Shown here one piece after another: positions 7,265 to 16,164 of a DNA stretch of 64,000 nt. A program made the translations under genes and the position numbers. Source of the stretch: Candidatus Zixiibacteriota bacterium. GTDB taxonomy: Bacteria; Zixibacteria; MSB-5A5; UBA10806; 4484-95. Position 1 is the stretch's first letter. Every line of letters begins with the position of its first letter. The DNA lies in the NCBI GenBank assembly GCA_024231855.1, contig JAAEQD010000016.1, positions 9,306-73,305 on the forward strand. The letters run 5' to 3'. The notes beneath the pieces were generated by a model, which ran no database searches, was not told where the DNA came from, and saw nothing but the letters and a program-made list of their open reading frames with translations.

Positions 7265-10228
7265 CTAAAAGCAATGACCGTCGATAGGGGAGTTACCGCC
7301 CCTGAAATAAGTAACCAGGTAGGTTACATCACTTCCTATATTTCTGCAATCACCATTGGCGTCGGCTCCGGGATAAAAACCGTCGACCTCTATCGGTGGA
7401 GTAGTTATACCTCTGAAATAATTCACTAAAAATGTTACATCCGAGCCGATGACAAGTAAATCGCCGTTGGCATCGCCGGGAATGTAAAATATCGATGATG
7501 TATCCGCCTCAACATAAAACTCCCAGGGCGTACAATACTCACCCCAGAACGGGGGCAGGTAGGCTTTCGCGCGCCAGAAGTAACCGCCATTCTCAAGTGA
7601 ATCGGTGTTGGTATATTCAGAGTTGGTTAGCGTCGAATCAAATATAGTCAGGCTACCGAATCCGACATCATCCGATATCTCGATTAAATAATTCGTAGCC
7701 CCGGAAATATCTTGCCAAGCGAAATCGATATAAGGCGAGGTAGAGTAATAACCTTCGCCCGGAGATATAAGAACGGGCACCGGCAGGTCCAGTTCTACCG
7801 TAAACGAAGCTGCCGCCGATGGATTGGAATAGCCATACGTGTTATGAGCCGTTACTCGCCAATAATATATCCCATCAGCCAGAATTGAGCTGTTCTCACA
7901 CTCAGACAGCACAACGGCCGAATCATATTCAATAGTATTACTGAATCCCACATCGGATGCCAATTCGAACACGTAATCATCAGCCCCGTCGGAATCGCCC
8001 CAATCGAAAGTTACAATCGATGTATCTACCGTGGTATCTATCGGAAAAACAAGCGCCGGTACATCTGGCAGGGGTATTGTGATTTCTACCTGGAACCAGG
8101 CTACAGTCGATGGATCGGAATAGCCATACCCGTTACGCGCCGTAATCCGCCAATAGTAATCCCCATCGCTTAGAGGTGTACTGTTTTCATATTCCGAAAG
8201 AGCAACAGCCGAATCACGTTCTATAATAGTAGAAAATCCCGCGTCGGTTGCCAGCTCGAAAACGTAATCATCGGCGCCGTCGGCATCGCCCCAGTCGAAT
8301 GTCACAATCGATGTGTCAACTGTCGTATCGACAGGATAGATTAACACCGGCACATCCGGTACAGGTACGATGATTTCGACTGTAAACGAAGACACTGAAG
8401 ACGGATCGGAATAGCCATTGCCATTATATGCCGATACTCGCCAGTAGTAAACACCGTCGCTCAGTGGTGAACTATTTTCATATTCGGAAGGCGATACGGT
8501 CGAATCATATTCGATAATCGATGAAAAAGCCGGATTGGAGGAAAGCTCGAATACGTAGCCATCGGCCCCTGTAGAAACTCCCCAATCAAAAGTTACATGC
8601 GATGTGTCAACCGTGATACCAATTGGATAAATCGGCACGGGTACAGGCGGCGGTGGGGGAGAGAGCTGAATTTCGAAATGCCGAACTTCGGATCTGCCCG
8701 AATAGCCGTTGCCGTTATATGCCGTACAACGCCAGTAGTAATCATCCTCTGAAAAAGCGCCGGTATTCTGATAAGTCAGCCCGGTTACCGTCGAATCGTA
8801 CTCGACCATCGAGCTGAAACCAACGTCATATGCGATCTCGATAACATAACCGGTGGCGGTCGATGCCGCCTCCCAACTGAAATCCACATATTCAGTTTCA
8901 ATTATAGCGTAATCAGAAGGAGCGATTAAGTTCGGCGACGGGGGTACGGGATTGTTGGAAACTAGCAAAACATCGGTTGTCGTCGGCCCCGATGAGCCGA
9001 CCGAGACATTGTATATAGTCTGTGTTTGATACCCATCTTTGAGAAATCTCAAAGTATATGATCCCGATGCCAGCAGGCGATGATAGCGGCCGTAATCGGG
9101 GCGTGATAGACGGGGATTGATATCGTCATTTATATGCTGCAATACCTGGACCTCGGCTTCAAGCGGCTCGAGTGTCGCCGAATCCCTGATTCTGCCGGTG
9201 ATTCCCGATCCGAGCGCTCTATCAAGAAGATAATATTGGCCATCGAGATGAGCCTCGACAATCGAATCGACCAGGGCCGGATTCTGTATAGTGGTATCGG
9301 AAACCTCAACGCTGAATGCCACCGATCCGAAATTGCCGTAGAAATATGTTTTCAAATCGCCCTTGTTTACCAACGCCCGTCGGGCTTCATAATGTATTCC
9401 GTCAGGATTGCCTGTCGTATCGGGAACCGCCACTATTAGATCGCAAAAATCCCAACAGACATCGTTCATAAAGCTTTCATCGGGTCCATAACCATGCCCG
9501 CCTTCCGATGAGTACCAGTACCAGGGATAGTAGGCCACATTCGGCCTGCCGTAAGTGGGTGAATGATAATCGATCGCGATGATCGGACGGTATTGCCAGC
9601 CGAAATCGGCCAAGGCTACGTTTTCGTTTTCAGAAAACGGCGCGAAGCCTTTGAACATCAGGCTTTCAGGTGTAGTCGCACCCACGCCGTCATCGATACT
9701 CCAGCCGAAATCGTAATTGCGGTTGTTATCGACGCCATCGTGATAATCGAAAATGTCGTTGTCATCGTTATCGCTTTTGTTCTTGCGCCAATCCAGGTCG
9801 CCGTTTTCAACGACTATATGACCCTCGGGATTGTTAAAGGGCACCACGAATATTTCAAGCTGATTGATATAGCTTATGATATCGGGATCGCTGCTATCGT
9901 ACTTGTCGAGTATATCCAGTACGAAATTTATAGCGACTTCGGCGCCAAGAATCTCGTCGGCATGAACGCCGCCATTGAATAAAACCGCCGGCTCGTCCTC
10001 ACTGACAGCCACGTTATCGGAGATTTTCACTAAAAGCATCGGGATACTGTCACGGGTGGAGTAGCCCATCGTGTCAACTGACATTATCGATGAGAATGAA
10101 CCTTGTAAGTCCGTCAGGGTATCGAGTACCTCTTGATAGGTGTGGTAGCGTTCCGGAAGGTCATCGGCAAACGCCGAGCCGGCCAGCAACACCATTAACG
10201 CTAGGATAACATACTTAACCTTTTTCAT
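7265..10228 (-). CDS. Secreted M14 zinc carboxypeptidase with five tandem ~90-97 aa modules and a C-terminal dockerin-like module
   Basis: Signal peptide MKKVKYVILALMVLLAGSAFA. M14 motifs GGVHADEILG (HxxE), IDYHSPTYG and FSVEVSD. Carboxypeptidase-regulatory-like segment GRIRDSATLEPLEAEVQV. C-terminal GDANGDLLVIGSDVTFLVNYFRG and ADANGDCRNIGSDVTYLVTYFRGG. Only 16 nt separate its stop from the start of the next gene, suggesting an operon. Confidence 0.85.
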   Translation of the reverse strand: MKKVKYVILALMVLLAGSAFADDLPERYHTYQEVLDTLTDLQGSFSSIMSVDTMGYSTRDSIPMLLVKISDNVAVSEDEPAVLFNGGVHADEILGAEVAINFVLDILDKYDSSDPDIISYINQLEIFVVPFNNPEGHIVVENGDLDWRKNKSDNDDNDIFDYHDGVDNNRNYDFGWSIDDGVGATTPESLMFKGFAPFSENENVALADFGWQYRPIIAIDYHSPTYGRPNVAYYPWYWYSSEGGHGYGPDESFMNDVCWDFCDLIVAVPDTTGNPDGIHYEARRALVNKGDLKTYFYGNFGSVAFSVEVSDTTIQNPALVDSIVEAHLDGQYYLLDRALGSGITGRIRDSATLEPLEAEVQVLQHINDDINPRLSRPDYGRYHRLLASGSYTLRFLKDGYQTQTIYNVSVGSSGPTTTDVLLVSNNPVPPSPNLIAPSDYAIIETEYVDFSWEAASTATGYVIEIAYDVGFSSMVEYDSTVTGLTYQNTGAFSEDDYYWRCTAYNGNGYSGRSEVRHFEIQLSPPPPPVPVPIYPIGITVDTSHVTFDWGVSTGADGYVFELSSNPAFSSIIEYDSTVSPSEYENSSPLSDGVYYWRVSAYNGNGYSDPSSVSSFTVEIIVPVPDVPVLIYPVDTTVDTSIVTFDWGDADGADDYVFELATDAGFSTIIERDSAVALSEYENSTPLSDGDYYWRITARNGYGYSDPSTVAWFQVEITIPLPDVPALVFPIDTTVDTSIVTFDWGDSDGADDYVFELASDVGFSNTIEYDSAVVLSECENSSILADGIYYWRVTAHNTYGYSNPSAAASFTVELDLPVPVLISPGEGYYSTSPYIDFAWQDISGATNYLIEISDDVGFGSLTIFDSTLTNSEYTNTDSLENGGYFWRAKAYLPPFWGEYCTPWEFYVEADTSSIFYIPGDANGDLLVIGSDVTFLVNYFRGITTPPIEVDGFYPGADANGDCRNIGSDVTYLVTYFRGGNSPIDGHCF
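7508..8945 (-). repeat. Five in-frame tandem coding repeats (about 265-300 bp each) inside the M14 gene
   Basis: Protein modules share D(F/Y)xW...Y(V/L)(F/I)E(L/I)...YYWR(V/I)xAxNxxGYS. Adjacent units are recognisably similar at the DNA level (compare 7960-8080 with 8255-8375). Boundaries are approximate. Confidence 0.8.
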
Positions 10229-10682
10229 CTTGCACTGCCATTTCCTGGGTTGGTTATTACGTCGAATCTAAAATGCATCAGCTATTCTGTTTTACGTTGA
10301 TTGACTTGTTGTTACGGCCGAAGCACGGCGGGGTAGCGACACTCCGCGATAAAACGTCTTCGGTGCCATTAACAGATAAATTGAAGTTTATACATTCCGC
10401 TCCACAACAACAGTACAATTTAACACAAAACTCCTTAGTTGTCAACAAGATAATCCCAGCTCGACGTCTCGGTGATTGGCCTCCTGTGATGGTTAAACTT
10501 AGCCCGTTACATGTTAAATTTAATCGGCCAAAACCCCAACATCCTGACAAATGCCCACAATCAACCCCCAAAACCGTTTAAAAGAGGTGAATCAGCCGTT
10601 CAGGATTGAAAAAACAGTAACAACATATAAAGTAAACTTGTCATTCTCTCCCACCCCAAAACCTGCATTCCCAATACCCCTA

Positions 10683-10750
10683 CCTGTCATTCCCGTGAAA
10701 ACGGGAATCTCCATCCACTACACCTGTCTTTCCCGCGAAGGCGGGAAACC
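10683..10750. repeat. Two tandem copies of a short hairpin repeat (CCTGTCATTCCCGTGAAAACGGGAATC / CCTGTCTTTCCCGCGAAGGCGGGAAACC)
   Basis: Each copy folds as TCCCG-N-CGGGA. A third copy, GTCATTCCCGCGAAGGCGGG, lies at 59318..59337. Behaves like a REP-type intergenic element. Confidence 0.7.
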
Positions 10751-10798
10751 AGGGGAAGGGCGCGGCGGGGCAGAAGCGCCAATTCCCCCACGAAACCC

Positions 10799-10828
10799 TT
10801 GACAATAGCCGCCCGCCTATACTATATT
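10799..10828 (+). promoter_or_regulatory. Sigma70-like promoter candidate for the ROCO gene (TTGACA-18nt-TATATT)
   Basis: TTGACA at 10799..10804 and TATATT at 10823..10828, about 78 nt upstream of the ATG at 10907. Confidence 0.4.
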
Positions 10829-10906
10829 AAACCGGCCCGAATAATGCTGTAAACACCAACAACTTAAGCCCGAAAGTAAGGGGCATAAACGCACTGGGGA
10901 AATATC

Positions 10907-13135
10907 ATGTCTGATTTGGATATTTTAAAGAAGCTAGAAAAGAGAATAGGCAATAAATTAGCATTAGTAGATTATGAGTTTATAAATGACATAGATTCAT
11001 TTTTATCATGCTCTCTTGGAAATAATGATGAAGTAATAGGTTTGAATATTAGAGGCGGCACAAGTCGAATCTCTTATAAAATTATGCCAAATATAGGACG
11101 AGAGTTAAGAAAAACTCTACGGGGGAATAAGCTGGTAAAATTTCCAATTGAGATTACCAAATTAAAATCTTTAAAAACATTAAGCCTTGAAGGAAATAGC
11201 TTAGACAGTATACCGATAGATTTAAATCAATTAGTATGGCTCGAAAGATTATACTTAGGGAATAACCAATTTACTGAGTTTCCCAATGAGATAAGCCAAT
11301 TGACAAAACTTGAGGAACTAAATTTATATAACAACAGAATAACCGAATTGCCCAAGGAAATAGGTCAACTAACCAGATTGACGTTATTAGATTTAAGCAA
11401 TAATCAATTAACTGAATTACCAAAAGAAATAAGCCAGTTGACAAATCTAACAGCGTTATTCTTAAATAACGTACCGATAAAGACTCCTCCTTTAGAAATT
11501 ATCGAAAAAGGCATTGATGCCATTAAGGAGTATTTTAAATCTCTCGAAGGCGAAAAAAGGCCCCTCAATGAAGTTAAAGTCTTACTCGTGGGCGATGGCG
11601 GCGCAGGAAAAACATCGCTAGTCAAGCAGTTACGTGGGGAAAAATTCGATAAATCCGAACTACAAACACATGGAATAAAAATCGAACCATGGGAATTCTC
11701 GGAAAATGGAACTGATATAAAAGCCCATCTCTGGGATTTTGGTGGACAACAGATAATGCATGCTACTCATCAATTCTTCCTATCAAAACGTTCATTATAT
11801 GTTCTCGTACTGGATGGCAGGAAAGATGAGAAAGCCGAATATTGGCTCAAGCATATCGAAAGTTTCGGTGGCGGATCACCAATAATGGTTGTTATCAATA
11901 AAATTGATGAAAATCCCGGCCATGATGTGAATCGAATATTCTTGCAGGAGAAATATATAGGGATAAAGGGTTTCTATAGGGTATCATGTGAGGATAGAAG
12001 GGGCGTCGATGAATTCTCAAAAGATTTATCCGCCGAATTGGCCAAGGTAGAGATGCTTCAAACAACCTGGGCGACAAGCTGGTTCAATGTAAAAAACAAC
12101 CTGGAAAATATGACTGAAGATTTCATATCAATTGATAAATATGAAAAGATTTGCCGAGACGAAGGTATTACTGAAAAACCGGCTCAAGATACGCTTGTTG
12201 ATTTTCTTAATGATCTCGGGGTAATCCTTCATTTTAAAGATTTTGAGCTTTTGGATACGCATGTTCTGGAGCCAAGATGGGTTACCGAAGCCGTTTACAA
12301 GATTATCAATTCAGAAAAACTTGCTGAGTGCAAAGGTGTTTTAAAGCTAAGCTATTTAAAAGATATATTGAAAAAGGGTAAAGGCGATAAGTATGATTAT
12401 CCGCAAGGTAAGTATCAGTTTGTTATTGACCTGATGAAAAAGTTCGAGCTTTGCTATACAATTGATCCCCAAACAGTACTAATCCCCGATCTTCTGGAGA
12501 TACAGGAACCAAAATTTGATTTCGATTATGATAATTCACTGCGATTCATTATAGATTACGATTTCTTTCCTAGATCGATAATGCCCCGATTTATAGTAAA
12601 AATGCATAAGGATATTAAAAATGAATATCGCTGGCGTACCGGTGTAGTTCTTGAAGATAAAACATTCAAATCAACAGCCGTTATCAAAGCCGATGATGAG
12701 GATGAGAAAATATATATCTATGTGGATGGTGAACAAAAACGAGATTACTTCGCTGTGATTTTATTTACTCTAAGGGATATAAATCAAAGTTTCGAAAAAC
12801 TTAAAGCAGCCGAATTAGTGCCAATGCCAGACCAACCGGATATCACGGTAAGCTATCAGCATCTAATAAGATTAGAACGAAAAGGCATAGTGGAGTATCT
12901 TCCAGACGGCTCAGATAAGGAATACAATGCTAAAGAACTTCTAGGTTCAATTCATCAGCCCGAGAAAACCGAAGACGAAACATTGCAAATCCTCCGTAAA
13001 TTAAAGGATCAATTCGATACTGAAGAAACATTAAAAGAAAAAGCCAACTCGATTATTACTTTACAACCAAACTTCTTCGGTATTGGTGTTAATGTTAATG
13101 AGTTTATTAAACGTCTCTTTAATAGGGGCAAATAG
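10907..13135 (+). CDS. ROCO-type protein: leucine-rich repeats + Roc (Ras of complex) GTPase + COR-like region + charged C-terminal region with hydrophobic tail
   Basis: LRRs (LEELNLYNNRITELPKEIGQLTRLTLLDLSNNQLTELPKEISQL). GTPase motifs G1 GDGGAGKTS, G3 DFGGQ and G4 NKID. About 270 aa COR-like region (LIPDLL). Tail LQPNFFGIGVNVNEFIKRLF. Confidence 0.85.
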   Translation: MSDLDILKKLEKRIGNKLALVDYEFINDIDSFLSCSLGNNDEVIGLNIRGGTSRISYKIMPNIGRELRKTLRGNKLVKFPIEITKLKSLKTLSLEGNSLDSIPIDLNQLVWLERLYLGNNQFTEFPNEISQLTKLEELNLYNNRITELPKEIGQLTRLTLLDLSNNQLTELPKEISQLTNLTALFLNNVPIKTPPLEIIEKGIDAIKEYFKSLEGEKRPLNEVKVLLVGDGGAGKTSLVKQLRGEKFDKSELQTHGIKIEPWEFSENGTDIKAHLWDFGGQQIMHATHQFFLSKRSLYVLVLDGRKDEKAEYWLKHIESFGGGSPIMVVINKIDENPGHDVNRIFLQEKYIGIKGFYRVSCEDRRGVDEFSKDLSAELAKVEMLQTTWATSWFNVKNNLENMTEDFISIDKYEKICRDEGITEKPAQDTLVDFLNDLGVILHFKDFELLDTHVLEPRWVTEAVYKIINSEKLAECKGVLKLSYLKDILKKGKGDKYDYPQGKYQFVIDLMKKFELCYTIDPQTVLIPDLLEIQEPKFDFDYDNSLRFIIDYDFFPRSIMPRFIVKMHKDIKNEYRWRTGVVLEDKTFKSTAVIKADDEDEKIYIYVDGEQKRDYFAVILFTLRDINQSFEKLKAAELVPMPDQPDITVSYQHLIRLERKGIVEYLPDGSDKEYNAKELLGSIHQPEKTEDETLQILRKLKDQFDTEETLKEKANSIITLQPNFFGIGVNVNEFIKRLFNRGK

Positions 13136-13155
13136 TTTGGTTAAGAATCATTAAA

Positions 13156-13241
13156 TGCCGGAGGTCGGAATCGAACCGACACGGGATTTTCGTCCCACTG
13201 GATTTTGAGTCCAGCGCGTCTACCAGTTTCACCACTCCGGC
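13156..13241 (-). tRNA. tRNA-Leu (anticodon CAA), class II with long variable arm, no encoded CCA
   Basis: The reverse complement GCCGGAGTGGTGAAACTGGTAGACGCGCTGGACTCAAAATCCAGTGGGACGAAAATCCCGTGTCGGTTCGATTCCGACCTCCGGCA folds as a cloverleaf. Anticodon loop is CTCAAAA. Confidence 0.9.
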
Positions 13242-13264
13242 ATCATCGAATATTACGAATCCTG

Positions 13265-13293
13265 ATATTACATAATCCAAGCCGCTCAGTCAA
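13265..13293 (-). promoter_or_regulatory. Sigma70-like promoter for tRNA-Leu (TTGACT-17nt-TAATAT on the minus strand)
   Basis: Reverse complement reads TTGACTgagcggcttggattatgTAATAT. The -10 element ends about 23 nt upstream of the tRNA 5' end. The -10 hexamer is the same as at the tRNA-Arg promoter. Confidence 0.5.
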
Positions 13294-13523
13294 GCCAAAT
13301 TATACGGTCATATCCGGGTAAATCATCTTACAGACGCGCAAAATAGATTGCCGCGGGCGGTCAAATGACTTCCCCCGCAATGACTTGAAAGGGTTGACAT
13401 TGCCAGGGACCCATTTGGATAACTGCGGCAATCCGTAAACTTTCGTGGTCCATCAGGTCACACCCCGTAAGGTATGACCCAACATAATTTAATTTAAAGC
13501 GTAAAACCGCGCCGGGCAAGCTT

Positions 13524-14990
13524 TCATTCGGTGTCCTGCGCAATCAGAAGATGCTTACCCTCGATAACCCTAGGTCTGACAAAGGCGTAATTCAGGCCAT
13601 TGCGGTTGTAACCGGCGATCTCCTTGAATATCTTATCAGCGGTCGCCTGATCGTCATTTTGGCTGTAGCTCAAACCGAGGTAGTATTTGGCGTATTGGCT
13701 TTGACTATCGGCCTGTTTCAGTTCATCGATTGCCGCCACATAGTCCTTTTTCCAGAAATCGATGATGCCTTTGAGTTCATGGAACGTCTTGATGGCGTTA
13801 GGATTATTCGAGACACGGGCCGATTTTTCGTACTCGGTCAATTTCACTTGCGCCAGCTCGGGCTTTTTCTGATGGCATAGAATCAGGGCTTCGGTATAGG
13901 CGCAGTCGCGAAGGTATTGATCCCGAAGGGTGCCCTGGAACTGCGTGTTCATAGCCAGTTCCCGTTTCATTTCGATCTCTTTCATAGCCCGCTTATAGTC
14001 GCTTTTTTCGATATAGATAGCGCTTAAGTGGCCGCGGGTTCGGGCCTCGGCGTAGATATCATCGCGAGCCTGGTTGAATTTCAGCCTGTCCCGAAGTGTC
14101 ATGATGGCATCGGAGAATCTTTCCTCATGAAGGTAGCAGATCGCTTTCCAGAGATAGGCGCTATTGGTATCGGCCACGCTTTCGGCAAATTCGTAAATCT
14201 TGTCATACTCTTCCAGGGCTTTCTCGTATTCGCCGATGAAGGCGTAATTGTGTCCCAGGCCGGCCCTGGCGGTGATAAAATTCGGGTCGAGTTTTAAAGC
14301 CTGGCTGAAAGATCTGACAGAGTTCTCATGATCACCCATCCACAGGTAAATCTCGCCCATCGAATCGTGAGGATTAGGATCATCCGGCCTAAGTTCCGAA
14401 TATTTTTGGAGCGATTTGATGGCCTCCGGATAATTCGACAGGTTCGAGTAGACATAGCCTAGCTGATTGTAAGCCAGGGTGAAAGAGGCATCCAGTTCGA
14501 TCGTTTTGCGATACTCTCTCTCGGCTGAATCCCATTCCTGGCGGCCGTAATAGAAATTGCCATGCAAATAATGAGCCCGTTTACATTCGGGCAATAGCTT
14601 TACCAGTTTCTCCGAGTATTCCCGGGCCAAATAAACCTCATCCTCGAACAATGCTTTGGCCCGCATGATTATCATTTTTTCGGGCTCGGTGACTTTGGGC
14701 AGAAGTTCAATCGCTTTATTGATTCTATGAGCGTATTCTTCTGTTGTATAGGCCAGATTGCTCCAATAATAGTAAGCCATGGCGAACTCCGGATCGGCCT
14801 TGATAGCTTTCTCATAGAACCTGCCGGCTTCCTCATCCTGAAACGCGTCATCCAGTTCCAAACCGGCCATAAAATATCCCCTGGCCTCCGGTGACTGAGT
14901 AGTAAAACTGATATCTGTAGATTTTTGGCCACAGCCCGATAACAAGCCAAGTATCGCTGCGGCTACGATACATCCTTTAAATAGTTGCAT
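13524..14990 (-). CDS. TPR-repeat lipoprotein
   Basis: The ORF track starts at a TTG (15011). The ATG at 14990 has a GGGGGA Shine-Dalgarno and yields MQLFKGCIVAAAILGLLSGCGQ (lipobox). The body consists of repeated TPR-like helices (AxxYxxKAIxxDPxF). Confidence 0.75.
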   Translation of the reverse strand: MQLFKGCIVAAAILGLLSGCGQKSTDISFTTQSPEARGYFMAGLELDDAFQDEEAGRFYEKAIKADPEFAMAYYYWSNLAYTTEEYAHRINKAIELLPKVTEPEKMIIMRAKALFEDEVYLAREYSEKLVKLLPECKRAHYLHGNFYYGRQEWDSAEREYRKTIELDASFTLAYNQLGYVYSNLSNYPEAIKSLQKYSELRPDDPNPHDSMGEIYLWMGDHENSVRSFSQALKLDPNFITARAGLGHNYAFIGEYEKALEEYDKIYEFAESVADTNSAYLWKAICYLHEERFSDAIMTLRDRLKFNQARDDIYAEARTRGHLSAIYIEKSDYKRAMKEIEMKRELAMNTQFQGTLRDQYLRDCAYTEALILCHQKKPELAQVKLTEYEKSARVSNNPNAIKTFHELKGIIDFWKKDYVAAIDELKQADSQSQYAKYYLGLSYSQNDDQATADKIFKEIAGYNRNGLNYAFVRPRVIEGKHLLIAQDTE

Positions 14991-15060
14991 AAATTCCCCC
15001 TTTTGGGTCAATAGTTTATTATGCGATATCTAAAATAGTATATTATTATATTTGATTATA

Positions 15061-15089
15061 ATTTAAGCTATCGGACTGCTGCTTGTCAA
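15061..15089 (-). promoter_or_regulatory. Promoter candidate for the TPR gene (TTGACA-17nt-TTAAAT, minus strand)
   Basis: Reverse complement of 15061..15089 reads TTGACAagcagcagtccgatagcTTAAAT. Confidence 0.3.
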
Positions 15090-15177
15090 CCACAATATGG
15101 AAAGAATTAAGCTGTTGTTTTTCAAAGATTTGCGAACACTAAAAATATGTTAATTTTAATCGAACCTCCTGAAAAAT

Positions 15178-16164
15178 CTATCTGAACGCCCTGACAGCCG
15201 CCATGATATTATCCAATTTGTCTTTTGACTCCTCGATTGACCTGGTTTTAAAGCCGCAATCGGGATCAATCCAGAGCTGATTTTCGGGGATATACCTAAG
15301 CGCCTGTTTAATCCGATCTTTAATCATCTCGACATCCTCGATTTTATGAGAATGAGAATCCACCACGCCAAATGTTATGTCTTTGGTGAATGGATGTTTC
15401 TTAAACATCTCCAACATATTGAGGTTGGAATTGGACAATTCCAGATCGATGTTATCTACGGGTATATCAAGCATCTTGGGGTATATTTTTTCGAAGGTGC
15501 CATAGCAGATATGAGTGATAAAATAAGCCTCCTGGCCATCTATCACCCTATGCATAGTTTCAATCGCGGCGTCGAGTTCATCGGTTCTAACCGAAATCGC
15601 CGGCTCATCGATCTGGATTATCTTGCAGCCGGCCTCGATTAACGCGCCCACCTCATCGCGGATACAGTCGGCCAGTGCCAGCGCCGCCGTCTCGCGATCA
15701 TCATAATGTTCGTTGAATGACCAATCCATGATAGTATAGGGTCCGGTCAGCATACCCTTAACCGGGCTGTCGGTTTTGGACTGGGCATACTTCCACCAAT
15801 CGGCAGTCATCGGTCCGGGCCATTTAACTTCCCCGACTATAATCGGTTTGTAGTAGAAACGGTTGCCGTAGGATCGCACCAGGCCGCCTTTGTCGAATCC
15901 AGGCATATTCTCAGCGAAAAAAGCGACCATATCGCCGCGATACATTTCGCCATCCACGGCCACATCGATACCCGCCTTCTGTTGGTATGCCAGCCACTCA
16001 TCGGTGGCTTTCTGTTCGAATGAATACAGCAATTCTTTATTTATACGCTGCTTGTTGAAATCGGCCCTGGCTTTGGTCAGATATCGGGGCTTGGGAAATG
16101 AGCCGACACTCGTGACCGGCAAAAACGGAAGGTCGATGCCAAGTTTTTTCAATTTCTGATTCAT
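15178..16164 (-). CDS. Cobalamin-independent methionine synthase (MetE) catalytic C-terminal-domain-like protein
   Basis: Likely true start is the ATG at 16164 (MNQKLKKLGIDLPFLPVTSVGSFPKP), preceded by AGGAGGGG and overlapping the upstream stop as ATGA. Zn-ligand-like motifs ITHICYG and DPDCGFKT. Confidence 0.75.
   Translation of the reverse strand: MNQKLKKLGIDLPFLPVTSVGSFPKPRYLTKARADFNKQRINKELLYSFEQKATDEWLAYQQKAGIDVAVDGEMYRGDMVAFFAENMPGFDKGGLVRSYGNRFYYKPIIVGEVKWPGPMTADWWKYAQSKTDSPVKGMLTGPYTIMDWSFNEHYDDRETAALALADCIRDEVGALIEAGCKIIQIDEPAISVRTDELDAAIETMHRVIDGQEAYFITHICYGTFEKIYPKMLDIPVDNIDLELSNSNLNMLEMFKKHPFTKDITFGVVDSHSHKIEDVEMIKDRIKQALRYIPENQLWIDPDCGFKTRSIEESKDKLDNIMAAVRAFR

Noticed and set aside
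7508-8945. Periodic repeats that could be mistaken for a CRISPR-like or satellite array
   Set aside because: The period is about 265-300 bp, the units are in frame within one long ORF and encode a repeated protein module. There is no short direct-repeat and spacer organisation.
10273-10802. ORFs 10273..10581 (+), 10278..10571 (-) and 10551..10802 (+) in the long spacer
   Set aside because: They mutually overlap on opposite strands, are Pro/Lys-rich and low-complexity, and partly translate the hairpin repeats (IPVKTGI, SREGGKPG). No RBS is evident.
10907-13241. ROCO gene as a tRNA-Leu-integrated genomic island
   Set aside because: There is no integrase, and I could find no direct repeat of the tRNA 3' end in 10229..10906. 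Only the compositional contrast remains, so I describe it as an AT-rich single-gene unit rather than a mobile element.
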